NCBI RefSeq assembly: GCF_036321535.1
Contig: NC_087436.1
Location: forward strand, 92,258,001-92,322,000
Length of the DNA stretch: 64,000 nucleotides
Reading direction: 5' to 3'
Source: Camelus dromedarius
Taxonomy: Eukaryota
The notes below the pieces were generated by a model. The model saw only the letters and a program-made list of their open reading frames with translations, did no database searches and was not told the origin of the DNA. Positions 50,872 through 63,800 of the stretch are shown here, piece by piece (position 1 is the first letter of the stretch; each line of letters starts with the position of its first letter). The translations under genes were made by a program, and so were the position numbers.

Positions 50872-52339
50872 AGAAGAGGTTGTAGTTTTTAGAGCTCAGA
50901 TTCATCTGCTTTTCCCAAAACCACTTATGGTGGTTTTCACATTGAGACCCCTTAACAACCTGAAGGAGGCAGAAAAGCAGAGTTGCCTGCATGAATTTGA
51001 ATCCTACTCTCAGTTGAATAATGACTCTGTTACTCTCAAGTTGTGTGACCTTGGGCCCTTTACTTCCCCTCTCATATCCTCAGTTTTCTCATCTGCAAAA
51101 TGAGTAGACAGTTTTGTTAGGACTGCATGAGATCCTACTTGTAAAGACAGCTCAGTGCATGGGAAACGATAATTGCTTATTGGAGCATCTGATGGCTCAA
51201 CAGAATGATAATTAATTCTAAAATAAAACTGAAGCCTCTTTCCAAATAAACTTCAGAAACTTAGCTTTGTTGGTGCAGGACAGAATTTAATCCCACCCTC
51301 ATCAGCTTCCTCCTATTTCTGAGAAAAATAAATATATTTAAAGAATATTTTAGGTAATTTTTCTGCTTTGATTTTATTATATGAAAATACAATTTCTCAA
51401 TCTTAAAATCTTTAAAGTGCTCAAATGAGCAATTTGTATTTCTTCATGAACAGATTATTATTTCTCAGAAGTAGAACTAATATCTAATCAATCTAACAAT
51501 ACAAAGAATTTTTTGAGCTGGAAGGAAATATAGAAGTAGCAATGTCTTTTCTATTCAGACAGGTGCCTGTTAATATAAACTTAGGTTTATATGTTTTAAA
51601 AATGTGTTGAATATTCACATATTAATATTCACTAGTTTTAAGTTCCTAACACTGAAATAAAAAGAAACTCTGTTAAATGTCATATCAAAAAGTGATGTTA
51701 TGGTGTCTGTTAATACATAAGCTTAATCCTTCTTAAATTAATTATCAAACTCTTTTGGTAGCCACTCAGTGAGGTATTCTACTATAAAAGGAGAGCAGAG
51801 GGATGTTGAAAGGACCATCCCCGTTACTTTTAATGTTTCATTGATGTCCTTATTAATTTGTTGTTCTCGTAAAGATTCTAACGGTTAATCTTGCTATCAG
51901 TGTACTGTCTCTGCTGTGTGGCTAGGGAAAGTACTTAGCCCATCTTTAAATGTGGTTTATAGTAACATCCACTTCACAGAGACATTGTGAGGATTAGATA
52001 AGAGAAATGTATAAATCATTTGAACATAAGTGCTTGTTAAATTTTGTGCAATATTATTATCATTATGTTTTATTATTGAGAAAATAAGAGTATTGGAGAA
52101 GTTAACTTCTTAAGGTTCCTTTAAAGAAGATTGTACCAGAAGAGATTAAGTTCCCATGAGAACAGCAGTTTCACCTGGTCTATTTTCAAATTAATTTTTT
52201 CCCCGACAAATTAATTCTTCTTGCTACTTACTTGGGCCAGCTTAGAATAAAACCTCTTCATTTCCCTACTTTGGTGGTTTTACCTCTAAAAGGGTTATAT
52301 TCACTTGGTTAACTCAACCCTTCACAGTTAGTAATTAGA

Positions 52340-53100
52340 ATTTTTTTTCTTAACTGTAAAATCATTTAAACATATCAGAGTACAAAAGACAATGTGAAAG
52401 ACACCTGTAAATGCTGACAATGCTAAAATACCCAGATAAAGCATATGTTGATGTTTTGCTTTCTTTACTTCAATTCTCTCACTTTGTTTTATAAAAAATG
52501 AAATGTTACACCTACATCTCTATCTTCAATCTGCCATTTTCCTTCCCAGCAGTAACCACTGTCCTAATGCTGGTGTGTATTGCATTCATGATGTTTTTCT
52601 ACTTTATTATGTGTGTAATATCTATAAATAGTACAATTTTTTTAACTCTGCATAAATGAATTATGCTTTAAGTATAATTTGCAACTAACTCTTTTTTCAG
52701 CATTGCATTTTTTAAAAAATTAACTGTATTTACCCTTGTAGATCTGGAACATTCATTATAAATCTTTGCATAGTAATTGTTTGACAATGTATAACAACGT
52801 ATAAACAATGTTTTATACATTTATTCACTGTTGAGTAAACTATTTCCCTTGTTACAAACTTGCTCAAAGAATCTCCCTATGCACAAATGCCTGGGGTTTT
52901 CTAGGGTAAAGAAGTAGACTAGTAGGATGGTAAGGCAGATGCAAATTCACCTCTACAAGGTATTTCCAAATTGCTCTCCAAAGTCGTCAAACCAACTTAT
53001 ACTCCAACCAACATGTACGTGGTTTCATCTTCCCCCACATCCTCATGAATGCTTGGCATTTTTATATATATTAATTTTTTCTTATGTGTAATTGATATTA
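52340..53100 (-). mobile_element. Old L1ME-like 3' fragment
   Basis: cagtaaccactgtcct; ttttctagggta; ccaaattgctctccaaa...accaacttatactccaaccaaca. Confidence 0.65.
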
Positions 53101-54005
53101 TTTTTAATCTGCCTGAATTATTTGCCAATCCAATCATTTGCCAGGAATCTCCTAATGTCATTTTCTGGAAAAACTCTTTGTAATATCAGGAGACAAAGCA
53201 ATTGGATGCATGAGTCTAACAATTCAATCATGCATGAAGGAAGTTTTCTTAAATAAAAAGACAAATAAGATCAATGAAGAGGACAAATCAACATTTGAAA
53301 ATACAAGTATGAATCAAAAATCAATTTCTTCTTATGAGGTAGCTGAAGGTAAACCAAACAAAAGAGATCTTAAAGTTCAGCTCCTGCTCTGAAGTTTAGG
53401 GTCAACTGGTTTGTGTTTCATTCCTTAATAAGCCACAAAAGCTGCAATTTCCTCTTTGTATCTTTCAGAAGCAGCGTAGAAATAGATAAAGCCCTCGTAG
53501 AAATTAATAAATACCGCCCTTTGAGATCTCATATTCCATTTAGCTGGCAAATCAAGATTGGCTCAATAATTTATACATCAATTGAGGATAAATTAATGAG
53601 TTCTGTGTACAATGCTGGTTTTATGTGAAGGGAATTGAATCCAAATCTTTCATGTTACAAACGTGCTTGCTACTGGGTCTTCATAAAAATAAAAACCACA
53701 GTGTTTCTATGAATATGAATGCCAACATTGTTTTATACAAAGGAATATTAAACACAACAATGAGCTATTATACATTCCTACCTACCAATATTGTACTCAT
53801 CTCCCTATAAAATTATGAAGAATAATCCTCACCTTGCTAAATATAATTTTTAAAATTTGGATTTTTGTTGTATCTTCTGTCATTTTCTGTTTTTGTTACT
53901 CTATTCTTACTTACAGATTCTACCATTGAAAAATGACAATATTCATCCATGTAAATTGTTTATATTATGGCCTAATCATTGGGATGTATGCTAAGGTAAA
54001 CTTAC

Positions 54006-54040
54006 CACAAAAAGCATGGAAACATCTAGGAACAGTATCT
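54006..54040 (-). other. Candidate 35-bp exon
   Basis: Acceptor ctttatttttctgcgttctctgtag|AG and donor GTG|gtaagt. Confidence 0.3.
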
Positions 54041-54513
54041 CTACAGAGAACGCAGAAAAATAAAGCTGATGCCTAGTACCGACACATTACATTCTAAGGC
54101 AGCCATAAAGGTGCTTAGATTTTGATCTTAATAAGACTGTCTGTAAAATATGAAAAATAACTTCCTAGAGATTTGTTAATTCCATATTAGACGTAAAATA
54201 TATTGCACGTCCTTTCATTTCTATAACTTGTTTCTAAGAGGGAGCAGGAAGGAGGCCATTTTCATTTAGGGGCCTTTTGAAATTGACAATGCTCGATCAC
54301 TGGGTGTTCAGTAGAGGCAAGGATTCAACTAAGTTTATATTTGTAAGTGTAATCATCTACTGAGAAATGATATCTAACAAGCCAAAATGCGCATTTCATT
54401 AATAAAGCAATGCGGTGATTTTTAGACGTTCATTTTAAAAACCACCCTGTAGTTATATTTCTCTTATAAATGCAACTTATGAAAATATTCACACAAAACT
54501 GCTGTAAGCTCAC

Positions 54514-54639
54514 CTTAGAGGAAACTGCATAACTAGTAAAAGGAAATGGAATCAACACCTTGGTTTATATTCCCGGGTGTATGCAGCGCCCATGATAACC
54601 AAACAGCACGGTGCACTTTATAGCACTACTGAGCATATC
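54514..54639 (-). other. Candidate 126-bp exon
   Basis: Acceptor attttctttctttaaacacag|GA and donor AAG|gtgagc. The exon is more GC-rich than its flanks. Confidence 0.4.
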
Positions 54640-54749
54640 CTGTGTTTAAAGAAAGAAAATAACTAAGTACAAAAAAATTCCGTAGTTTTGTATTTTACTT
54701 TATGCTCAAATCTTCTTTAAAAATAAAACCATTTCATTGGGCTTCTAAA

Positions 54750-55735
54750 TTCTTAATGCATCCGTGGAATAAACTCCACTTGGTCATGGGCTGTAGTTCT
54801 TTCCATATATTGAAGAATTCTATTTATTAATACTTCGTTAAGGATTTTTGCATCTATATTTATATGAAACATTATCTACAGTTTTCCTTTTTTTCTACCG
54901 TCTTCGTTCGGTTTTGGTATAAGGGCAATAGGAGCTTCATGAAATAAACTGAGGAGTATTTTCTCTCTTCTATTTTCTGGAAGAGATGGTATAGAATTGG
55001 TATTAATTCTTCTTTAAATGGTTAGTAGGATTCTCCAGTGAAATAATCTGGGCTTGGAAATTTCTTTTGACAGTTTTTTTTTTTTCATTACAAATTTCGA
55101 TTTATTTAATAATCATAGGGCTATCCAAATTATTTATTTCATATTGGGTGAGATGTCATAGCTTGTGTTTTTTGAGGAATTGGTTCATTTCATCTAAACT
55201 GTCAAATTTCTGTGTGTAGAACTGTTTGCAGTATTCCCCTATTATTATCATCTTGATGTCTGCATTGGTTTTAGAGACTTCCCCTTTTCTTCCTGGTTAT
55301 TTGCGCCCTTCCTCTTTTTCCCTCCGACAGACTTCCTAGAGGGTTGCCAATTTTATTGATCTTTTCGAAGACCCAGTTCTTTGATTCACAGACTTTCTTT
55401 ATTGTCTATTTTCAATTTCATTGATTTCTGCTTATATCTTTATTATTTTCTTCCTTCGGTTTGACGTGGGTTTATTTTGCTCTTCTTTTTTCTAGGTGCT
55501 TGGGATGAGAGCTTAGACTACTGATTTGAGACTTCTCTTTTCCAATAAATGTGCTTAGTGCTATAAAATTTGCTCGAAGTGCTTCAGCTATGTCCTACAC
55601 ACTTTAATACGGCACATTTTCGTTCAGTTCAATGCATTTTTTCATTTCCTTTGAGACTTCCTCTATGAATATTTAGAATGTGCTGTTTATTTATAGTGTG
55701 TTGTAAAGAGTTCCCAAGTGTTCTGAGATTTTCCT
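54750..55735 (-). mobile_element. L1 ORF2 relic
   Basis: ccacttggtcatgg; aggatttttgcatctatatt; ttttgaggaattggttcatttcatctaa; caattttattgatcttttc. Confidence 0.85.
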
Positions 55736-55920
55736 GTGCAAATTTCCCTCTTTTATAAGGAGATCAGACATACTGAGTTTAGGGTCCACTCGAAGATAGT
55801 ATAATCTTGTCTTAATTTAATTACATCTGCAAAGATACTATTTCCAAATAAGGTTACATTCACAGGTTCCAGGGATTAGGACCTGGACGTTTTGTGAGCC
55901 ATTATTCAACCTACTATACA
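55736..55920 (-). mobile_element. MLT1B/C 5' fragment
   Basis: aattacatctgcaaagatactatttccaaataaggttacattcacagg...attcaacctactataca. Confidence 0.8.
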
Positions 55921-56779
55921 GACTTTGCTTTAACCCTAGAACAAAGCATTGAGCAAAGAATCATTCTCTCTCTTTTTTTAATGAATCACAAACTAAGAAA
56001 ACATTTAATGCCTTTTACTCACAAATGCATACAGGGTTATGATGGGCGGAATCCAAGATGAGAGGCAATAGATTGATAACTGGCAAAGAACTATTTTAAC
56101 TATAAAGTGTTTTCTTCAGTAAATTTGATAAATTCCAGATAACACACAATTGTCATTAGTTTTCTTTTATAGCAAGATCAAATTTTGTAATGGCATATTT
56201 GTCTGAGTAGTTATTATTTTAAAGTATGTCCTTCTCACCAGAGACTGACCTTGAGAGCAGGGATCTTGTCCTGCACTGCTGAACCCTCAGTATTTAGACT
56301 AGTGCCTGATACAGATTAGATTTTCAATAAATATGTGTTCAATAGATTGAATAAAAAAGTGAAAGCTTACAGTGTGATCATAGCATTTGTATGAATTCCC
56401 TTCATAAGACCAATGATGACATTCTCAGCCAGGAGCCAGGACTATGGCAATGCTTTTATCTTGGTCCTAGTCCACATCCTCTGCTCTAATTATGTAATTG
56501 TCCATTCCTATGGTGGACACTCAAATCCATGGTAGTCTAGCCTTGCTGATATAAATGCTGATATGACATAGTCTACTTTAACTTTTTCAGTTCTATTTAA
56601 CTCTCCTACCCCACTCTGTCTCCTCATCATGATGACTTTGAGCTGGATACTTCCAGTCCTTTCTAAATATACGCCTACATTTAGATTTTTCCAACCATCT
56701 TTATTCTTTCTCACATAGCTTGAGAAGAAAAGTATTTTAATTTTTAAACGTGGATACTCAATTTTCTGTACAGCCTTCA

Positions 56780-57300
56780 CTCATTAATTTATATTGTTAC
56801 TCTTTTTAAAAACTGAAAGTTTACATTTATGTTGGTATCTCCTGAATCCTCTTTTCTATTCCACTGGCCTTTTAGTTTATCTCTAGTTAATAGTATACTG
56901 TTCTCATCATTACAGTTTTATAGTAATGATTGATACCTGGTAAGGCAGTTCCTCAATCTTGTTCTTTATCTTGGTTATTCTTGGATCCTGACTCTTCCAC
57001 ATAAATTTTGGGTCAGCTTATCAAATTTCATAGCAAAAAAAAAAAAAAAAAAAAATCTGAATTGGTATTTTGCTTGGAAATGAATTTATACGTAATTTAA
57101 TTTAGAGGATTTTACATTATTATGATATAGGATTCCTTGAGTCTATGAACATGGTATCTCTCCATTTTCAGATCTTATATTTAACACATATACAATAATT
57201 AATGTAAAATATTTTTAATGTTTTATAATTTTCTCCATAAAGATCTTTAACAGACTCCAGCCATCTTTTGCCAGGATTGAGAATTGTTTTATTTTTAACG
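56780..57300 (-). mobile_element. Old L1 relic with an internal poly-A run
   Basis: ttacagttttatagtaa; cttccacataaattttgggtcagcttatcaaattt; ctatgaacatggtatctctccattt. Confidence 0.65.
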
Positions 57301-57319
57301 TCTTCTAAACAACTATTGG

Positions 57320-57530
57320 AATAACAGCTAATGCTTATTGCATGCCTATGAGGCCAGACACTGTTCTGAAGGACTTCACCTATGTTAACTAATTTAATCC
57401 TCATAACAACTCTAAGGAATAAATAATATTATCAGCTCCCATTTTATAGGTGAGGATATTGAGACACAGAGAGACTAAGTATCTTGCCCCAAGTTACACA
57501 TTTAGTAAGTGGCAGACCTGGAATTCGAGT
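57320..57530 (-). mobile_element. MIR SINE
   Basis: atttaatcctcataacaactct...cccattttataggtgaggatattgagacacagagag...gtaagtggcaga. Confidence 0.85.
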
Positions 57531-58814
57531 CAAAGATTCCTACATACAGTGATATATTAGGATTAGAAGAAAATGATGGTGTCCTGGCATTAGGCTGCCA
57601 GGGAGCATAATGCTCGGTAGAAGGTCTTAAGAAGAACTGAATATTTAGAGTAACCATGGCTATAACAGGGGCAAGTAGGAGGTCCTTTTCTTGTCCAAAT
57701 ACTCTGTGACAAAATCAGATCTGATTTGCTTTCTCAGTGTTTTTGGTTAAAATATCAAGCTCATACTAAAATCTAAAAAATAAAAGTATAAAATGTGAAG
57801 CAATAAGCAGGTAAATACCCCTTTAAGAGTTGTGTTGGTCTAGAATATGAAATCATTTTGTAGCTACCTGGCCATACAACAAGAACTGAAGAATAAGAAA
57901 ATGAGTTGTGAAAAGGAGAACTCATTCCTGAGTGCCATTGCTACATATTAATAGGAAAGGGCATGTCTCATACTAAACATGCCAATGCAGATCATTAAGG
58001 AAGTTATACAGACTGCTACCAAGAACCACTGACAATGGGGAAAATATAATCTTTCATGAGGCAAAAGTTAATGTTAATTCTGCCTTGAGTGATAGCTGGA
58101 CTCAATATGCCCATCTTTTCCGGTGATGTCTCCAAACTAGACACACACAGTTTATTATTGTCTGTTTCATACTTTTGCATAGATAGGTCTGCTTGATTTA
58201 TTCTTGATATATTTATCTAGTTACTTATAAATTGGGAGGACTTGTAAACTTTTTAAAATTTATCTTTTAATCACAAAATGCCAGGGTCCTGGTTTGTGCT
58301 CTTTTGAACCCAGCCCTCATGGTTCTGAGTTTACCAGACCCTTGCATCATCCCTACAAACCACCTAAGCTCACGAGCTCCTGCTGGGGACAAATCTCAGG
58401 TGCTGAGATCACATTCCTCAGCAAGGCTCTGCAAGACTTAATTAAGAGTCACCACAAAGCTTCAGCTCAAAAATAAACAATGGCCAGCAAGTCACACCAT
58501 CTCACTTTCTTCTCATTCCTTGCAGCCTCTCATTTTCCAGACATTTTTATCAATGTGCCTGCCTTAGATTAAAATTACTTTCCAAGAAGCTGAAGTTATT
58601 CAAAGAATAAAGTGAAAGTCTTCTGTTTGGGCTGTTTTGTAGCACATCTTTAATGATTACTTTTTAAACAAAATACCTCCTCCAACTGTAGCTTTATTCC
58701 TCTTAGATGAGAGTTTATCACCCTGTACTAAATATTCCACATCTCTCTAAAGATCATTCATGAGAGTTCCATGAATCCAGGAGAGTGACTGAGGCCAAAG
58801 AGGCCAGTTGCGTT

Positions 58815-59330
58815 CTGGTGACAGTCAGTTGCTACCCCAGCAGCTCCACTTCTTCCTCTTAACAGAACCTTTATCTTATTAGTTGTCCTCCATGTGGCCA
58901 CATTTTTTTTTAGGGAAGACAGAATCCACCTTCTTCCTCAGCAGGTGACTCCTGATTGGCTGGAGCCAATCATGATTGTTTTATCCCCCTAGGCAAAGGT
59001 TTGGTTTGGCATGAAGCATGTGACCCAGTTCTGTCTAATGAGGCATACACAGAAGTCTGATGAGAGACTTTGGAGAAATATTTTCCTTCTCTTAAAAAGA
59101 GACCCAAGATAGAAAGATTTCTTTTTAACTTTCTTCTTGACATTAATATGACAGTACATGATGTCTGGCACTTGTTCAGTCACTAAGCAACCAAGAGGTA
59201 ATCTGCTGTCAGGCAGGGAATGAAAAAGCAGAAAGAGGGCAAGAATCACAGTTTCTGATGACTCTGTTGAGCCACTAAATTAACTAACTCTAGAATAGTC
59301 CTATCTTACAGAATTCTAACAATGTAAGAG
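58815..59330 (+). mobile_element. Old MLT1 LTR
   Basis: tgattggctggagccaatcatg; gcatgtgacccagttctgtctaatgag; ctgatgactctgttgagccact. Confidence 0.7.
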
Positions 59331-60714
59331 ACTCAGCTCAGGAATGTATTCAGTTAAAAGTAGTGGAAATCCCAAGACAGGGGTTTATACTAATAAATGT
59401 TTATTTTTCTCTTTCAACATGAAGTCCAGAAGTAGGTACAGAGAAGCGTTGGAAGATGACTAACACAGAAGAGGCCTATGTTTAAAGTATTGAGCAACAT
59501 AGAAATAAAAACATGGGTTTAAAACAGGAAATTGGAAGGGAGTATGAATTAGCCAGACCACAAAATTTGGTCTAGAATGATAACTTGAGCTATTTTTAAA
59601 GTTGTGTTTCCTTCAGTTTACCACTGAAGAGCCAAAAAAAAAAAAAAAATGAAGAAGATAAATATGAGACCAAGGGAACAAGTGAGTCAACATAGCTCCC
59701 TGTCATGATGCAGTTTCTCATAGAAGTACACCCAAAGTTATCCATATTTTAATAAAGGAAGGAATCGCACTGGAGGAAGCCAAAATTGTGAGCTTTCTGT
59801 CTCTTATTCTGTTAAGCTAAGGAGGAACAGCTCTGGAATCAAGGATCTATATCCTCTGTTATCGTAAGACGGGAAAAAAAAGTTTTACCAAGAAAAAAAA
59901 AAAAACCTTGCTAGACCCAACTCTGTGATGATCCCATGGCTTGCATAGGATTTTAGAACTATACTGATATAATTCAGGACTAAATATGGAGAAATAGGTA
60001 CTAACACCAGGTCCTTGAAATGAGATTACGGTGTTAAGGAGGCTAAAAAGCCAAGTCACAGTGTTTTAGATTTTGCTCCACTCTGTTACAGAATAATCCC
60101 TCATGGTGTAAAGCCCTCAACGCTGAGAAGGGGAGAAAGCAGCATGCGATGCAGACTTTAAATACATGAAGCTCAGTCACTCGATACTTTTCCTACATTA
60201 AAATACAAAGAAGCAACAGGCAAGGAAGTTAAGTCCCTGGCAGAGTCAAAGGACCAAATGCACCAGGGAACTGAGCTGCAAGAGAAAGGAACTTCCAAAT
60301 GGCAGCAGCTGCTGTAAAATCCATAAATTCAACACCATAGGAGTTGGGCCACCAAAAGTTTTAAAACAGCTGAATGTGTGTGTAATAGTGTTTGAAAGTA
60401 AAAGAACACACTGACAGCTTGAAGGGGCAACTGCCATTAATAAGATAATTTTAAAAATTGGTATTAAAAATAGTCAGGAGTAATATGGTATCCGTAGCAG
60501 TTTGCAAAGTGTGACTGATGTCTGGACCAGCAGCAGCAAGACCACCCAGCAACTCAGGATGCTGGTTCTCAGCCTCCAAGGTGGAGACCAGCCATCTTAC
60601 CAGTGTTTGAACAAGCCCTCCACGTGGTGCGAATGCACGCTCAAGTCCGAGAAACACAGGCGTGGGGACTAGAGCCCTAGCCACCAGGCAGGATGGTGAG
60701 GTGACCAAGAGCTC

Positions 60715-60756
60715 CAGCCCTGAGGTCACACAACCCTGAGGTCATACAGCCCTGAG
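60715..60756. repeat. 16-bp tandem repeat, about 2.6 copies
   Basis: cagccctgaggtcaca caaccctgaggtcata cagccctgag. Confidence 0.85.
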
Positions 60757-61074
60757 CTGGCGTGTCAAACCGTCTGCTTCTAGCTGCATGAAGTCCAGCA
60801 AGTACTTAGATCCTCTCAGCCTACTTGTAAGTAGGCCTGTCTTACAGGTTCACTGTAGGGATTACCAGCAACATTCATGAAGGCTTCTCCATAAACAGTA
60901 TCAATTACCATTACATCGCCATCATCTTCACAGCACTGTCTGAAGGTGTGACTGCACTATTTCTCTGTGTATAAAGGCACTGAGTACTCAATGTTCAACA
61001 TTTTCTGTAAAATAAAACAAGGTGGGTCCCATTTTACAGCAAGATTTGTACAGGAATGGTTGAATTAATAATAA

Positions 61075-61315
61075 AAATAAAAACAACTCTACTGTGACTC
61101 AACATATTGGCATGGTTCTAAGTGCTTTACATTTAATACTGCTTAATCCTTAATAAGATAGAAACTATTATGACCCCCACGTTATAGATGAGGAAACTGA
61201 GGCACGAGAGGTTAAGGACAGTGCCCAAAGTTACAAAGCTGGAAAGAGGTAGAGTCAACACTCAAGTACAAACCATCTGCCTCAGAGTCTGTGTGCTTAA
61301 CCACTATGCTATACC
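61075..61315 (-). mobile_element. MIR SINE
   Basis: ttatagatgaggaaactgaggcacgagaggttaag...tgcccaaagttaca...gtgcttaaccactatgct. Confidence 0.9.
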
Positions 61316-61386
61316 ACTTACCTAAGTTAAAAACAAATTTCCATGTTGAGGGCAGAATTTTCAGCTGCCTAGAAAAATACACTCAC

Positions 61387-61517
61387 GTGAAATATCTCAT
61401 TCTCCAAGGGATCAGAAAAATGAAACCTCCTATTCTCATTTCTGCTACCTGCTTTGTAAGCGTCTCTTCTGTGTGCATTAAATGTATCCAGCTGATTCCA
61501 CAGACCAAGCTGGTAGC
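61387..61517 (-). other. Candidate 131-bp exon
   Basis: Acceptor ccatcttacttttcag|GC and donor CAC|gtgagt. Confidence 0.35.
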
Positions 61518-62889
61518 CTGAAAAGTAAGATGGTCATTCCCTCTAAAATGGTAGGAAGAAACAGAAGCAGGAAGAGCTAGTGAGAGATGCACACAGTGGG
61601 AAAATTCACTGCGTTCCCCAGCTTCTGATTTTCTCAGTACAAGGGCATTCCAGGATAACAGAACAAACCACTACCCTCCGGCAGCAACAGTAGCTCTGCT
61701 ATGTCTGAGTCAGATGCTCAGACAGTTGAAGGTACTGAGAGGAAATAAGAGAAGAGAGCTCAAGGGAAACAGGCTGCACTGCTCTGAGTTGCTCTCTATA
61801 TGCCTAAGCAAGCTGCCTGGCTGCCTATCTGTGGATGTGAGGAAGCAGGTTCCTTGACCTTGCTTGATAGATTTTACTGGGTATTTGTCAGGGCTTTTAA
61901 AACCTCTCAGTGTGCCAAACAAGAGAATTCAGACTCCGAAGCTACAACAAAGGGAGGCAGTCTTTTGGACAAAAGCTGCAAGACAGATCAATTTTACCCT
62001 TAACTCATCCAATCTCTGGCTTTTGAATGCCTGCCAAATTCTTTAGACTTCTTCAAGGTGACCAATGCAAATAATTCACTCACTGTTTCAACATTCTCGA
62101 TTGTCAGTTGTTCCAAGACATGCTGTGTTGTGATAAGAAAAAACAGAAACAAAACTCCCTATTTACTTCCCAATGCCAGAAAATCAGCTGCAGTGACATT
62201 GAGAGAATGTGAGATGAGCTTTTCGTCTTATTATTTAGGATGAAATAGGCATTGGACCAGGTTTTCTGCAGAGCAGAAATTTCAATAAATGTGCTACTGC
62301 TCCTGTTACCTCTCGCTGAAAGTGGCATCTCATGTCTCACACAGTCCCTGAACATCTTACTGAATGCATTATGGAAACAGACATCGAATACGGTTTACTC
62401 TGTAATTTGTCTACTGTCTAATCTACAAAGAAAAACTAGAAGCAACAAGATTTCTTACAGGTTGAGTAAAATGTTTCCTTTCACTGTGGCTGTTCAATTG
62501 TGCTAACATCAAGAGTGTTTATATAATGAGAACATTTCCCCTAATTTTCCATTCAACTCATCTGCAAAGAATTGCTAAAAGTTAAAGAACTTTGAGCTTT
62601 TGCTAGATGTGTAATAATATTAAGAAATCAATATTAATTTTTAGGTGTGATAATAGTATTTTTTAGGTTTAGTGACTTTGACCTCATGTAGGAACTAAGC
62701 TTCACCCATAACAGAAAGGAAGGAGCATGTAGAGTCCCTGGAACGAATTGCCTCAACGTCTTTTGTAAGAAAGGCATTAGGTCAATTACTGAGCAGAAAA
62801 AGCTTTATTAAATGTCATCAATTTAAAAAGAAACATCCTCTTATTTTCCATTTTATATAATCCCTTTCAGTAAGCCGTGAGGCTCTTAC

Positions 62890-63085
62890 CAAAGTACTTT
62901 TCATGTAGTTTTGACAGCTGTGTTCTGAGGATTGAAGAGATGGGGAGTAATGGGAACTGAGGGCTCTTCCCCCCACCCCTGAACACTGCTAAGGCCAGTG
63001 TGGACAGGCCTGAACCTGAGACATGTAAAGGGGAGGTACCAGCGGCAGAGCTGAGAATAGGCAAGTGGACAAGTAAGGAGCAGAT
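62890..63085 (-). other. Candidate 196-bp exon
   Basis: Acceptor gttttgtttctttttcttctttctttttttccag|AT (about 30-nt pyrimidine tract) and donor TTG|gtaaga. Confidence 0.4.
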
Positions 63086-63214
63086 CTGGAAAAAAAGAAA
63101 GAAGAAAAAGAAACAAAACTTCTTTTCCAAATATGCAGAGTGGAATTACACTGTATGACTTGTTAAAAATATAAATCTAGTCTCCCCACCACGTTTCTAA
63201 ATACAAAAGGATAA

Positions 63215-63800
63215 ACAGTAACCTTTCAGTGGAGCAAGCTGGCAGTCACCACCTTAACCAAGTGATGAAAATTAACATCAGTGGTAATGGGGTATCCACA
63301 CCACATGCCTCCTGATAGGCTGCACTGAGAACACATCACATCTGCAGCATTCCTGCCAGAACCCCGAGGAGACATAAGACAAACCCATACTGAAGGATGC
63401 TCTACAAAACAACTGGCCTGTGCTCCTCGGAAATGTCAATGTCATGAAATGAAAGAAAGGCCAAATGACTGGTCCAGATTAAAGGAGACTAAAGGGACAG
63501 GAAAATTCAGTACAACTCATGATCTGTTACTGGGACAAATGACAAAATCTGAATCAGGTCTGTAGATTAGATACTAGCATCATTTTAATATTAAATTCCT
63601 GATTTTAATCATCACATTGTAATATGTAATAGAATGTTCTTATTAAAAGAAAATACACACTGAAGTGCTTAGCAGTAAGGTGCATCATGTCAGCAAATTA
63701 CTCTCAGACAGTTCAGAAAGAACAAGAGAGAAAGAGAAGGATAAAGCAAATACAGTAAAATGTACTTTTCTAACAACTTTCTGTAAATCTGAACTATGTC
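63215..63800 (+). mobile_element. L1MC4-like 3' UTR fragment
   Basis: accaccttaaccaagtgat...gacaaaccca...ctacaaaacaactggcctg...ccagattaaaggagactaaag...caaattactctcagacagttcagaaa. Confidence 0.8.

Noticed and set aside
50815..50880. A31 run as a micro-retroinsertion
   Set aside because: Only a 7-bp low-complexity flanking repeat (aaagaag) and no identifiable source RNA; a simple homopolymer expansion is equally likely.
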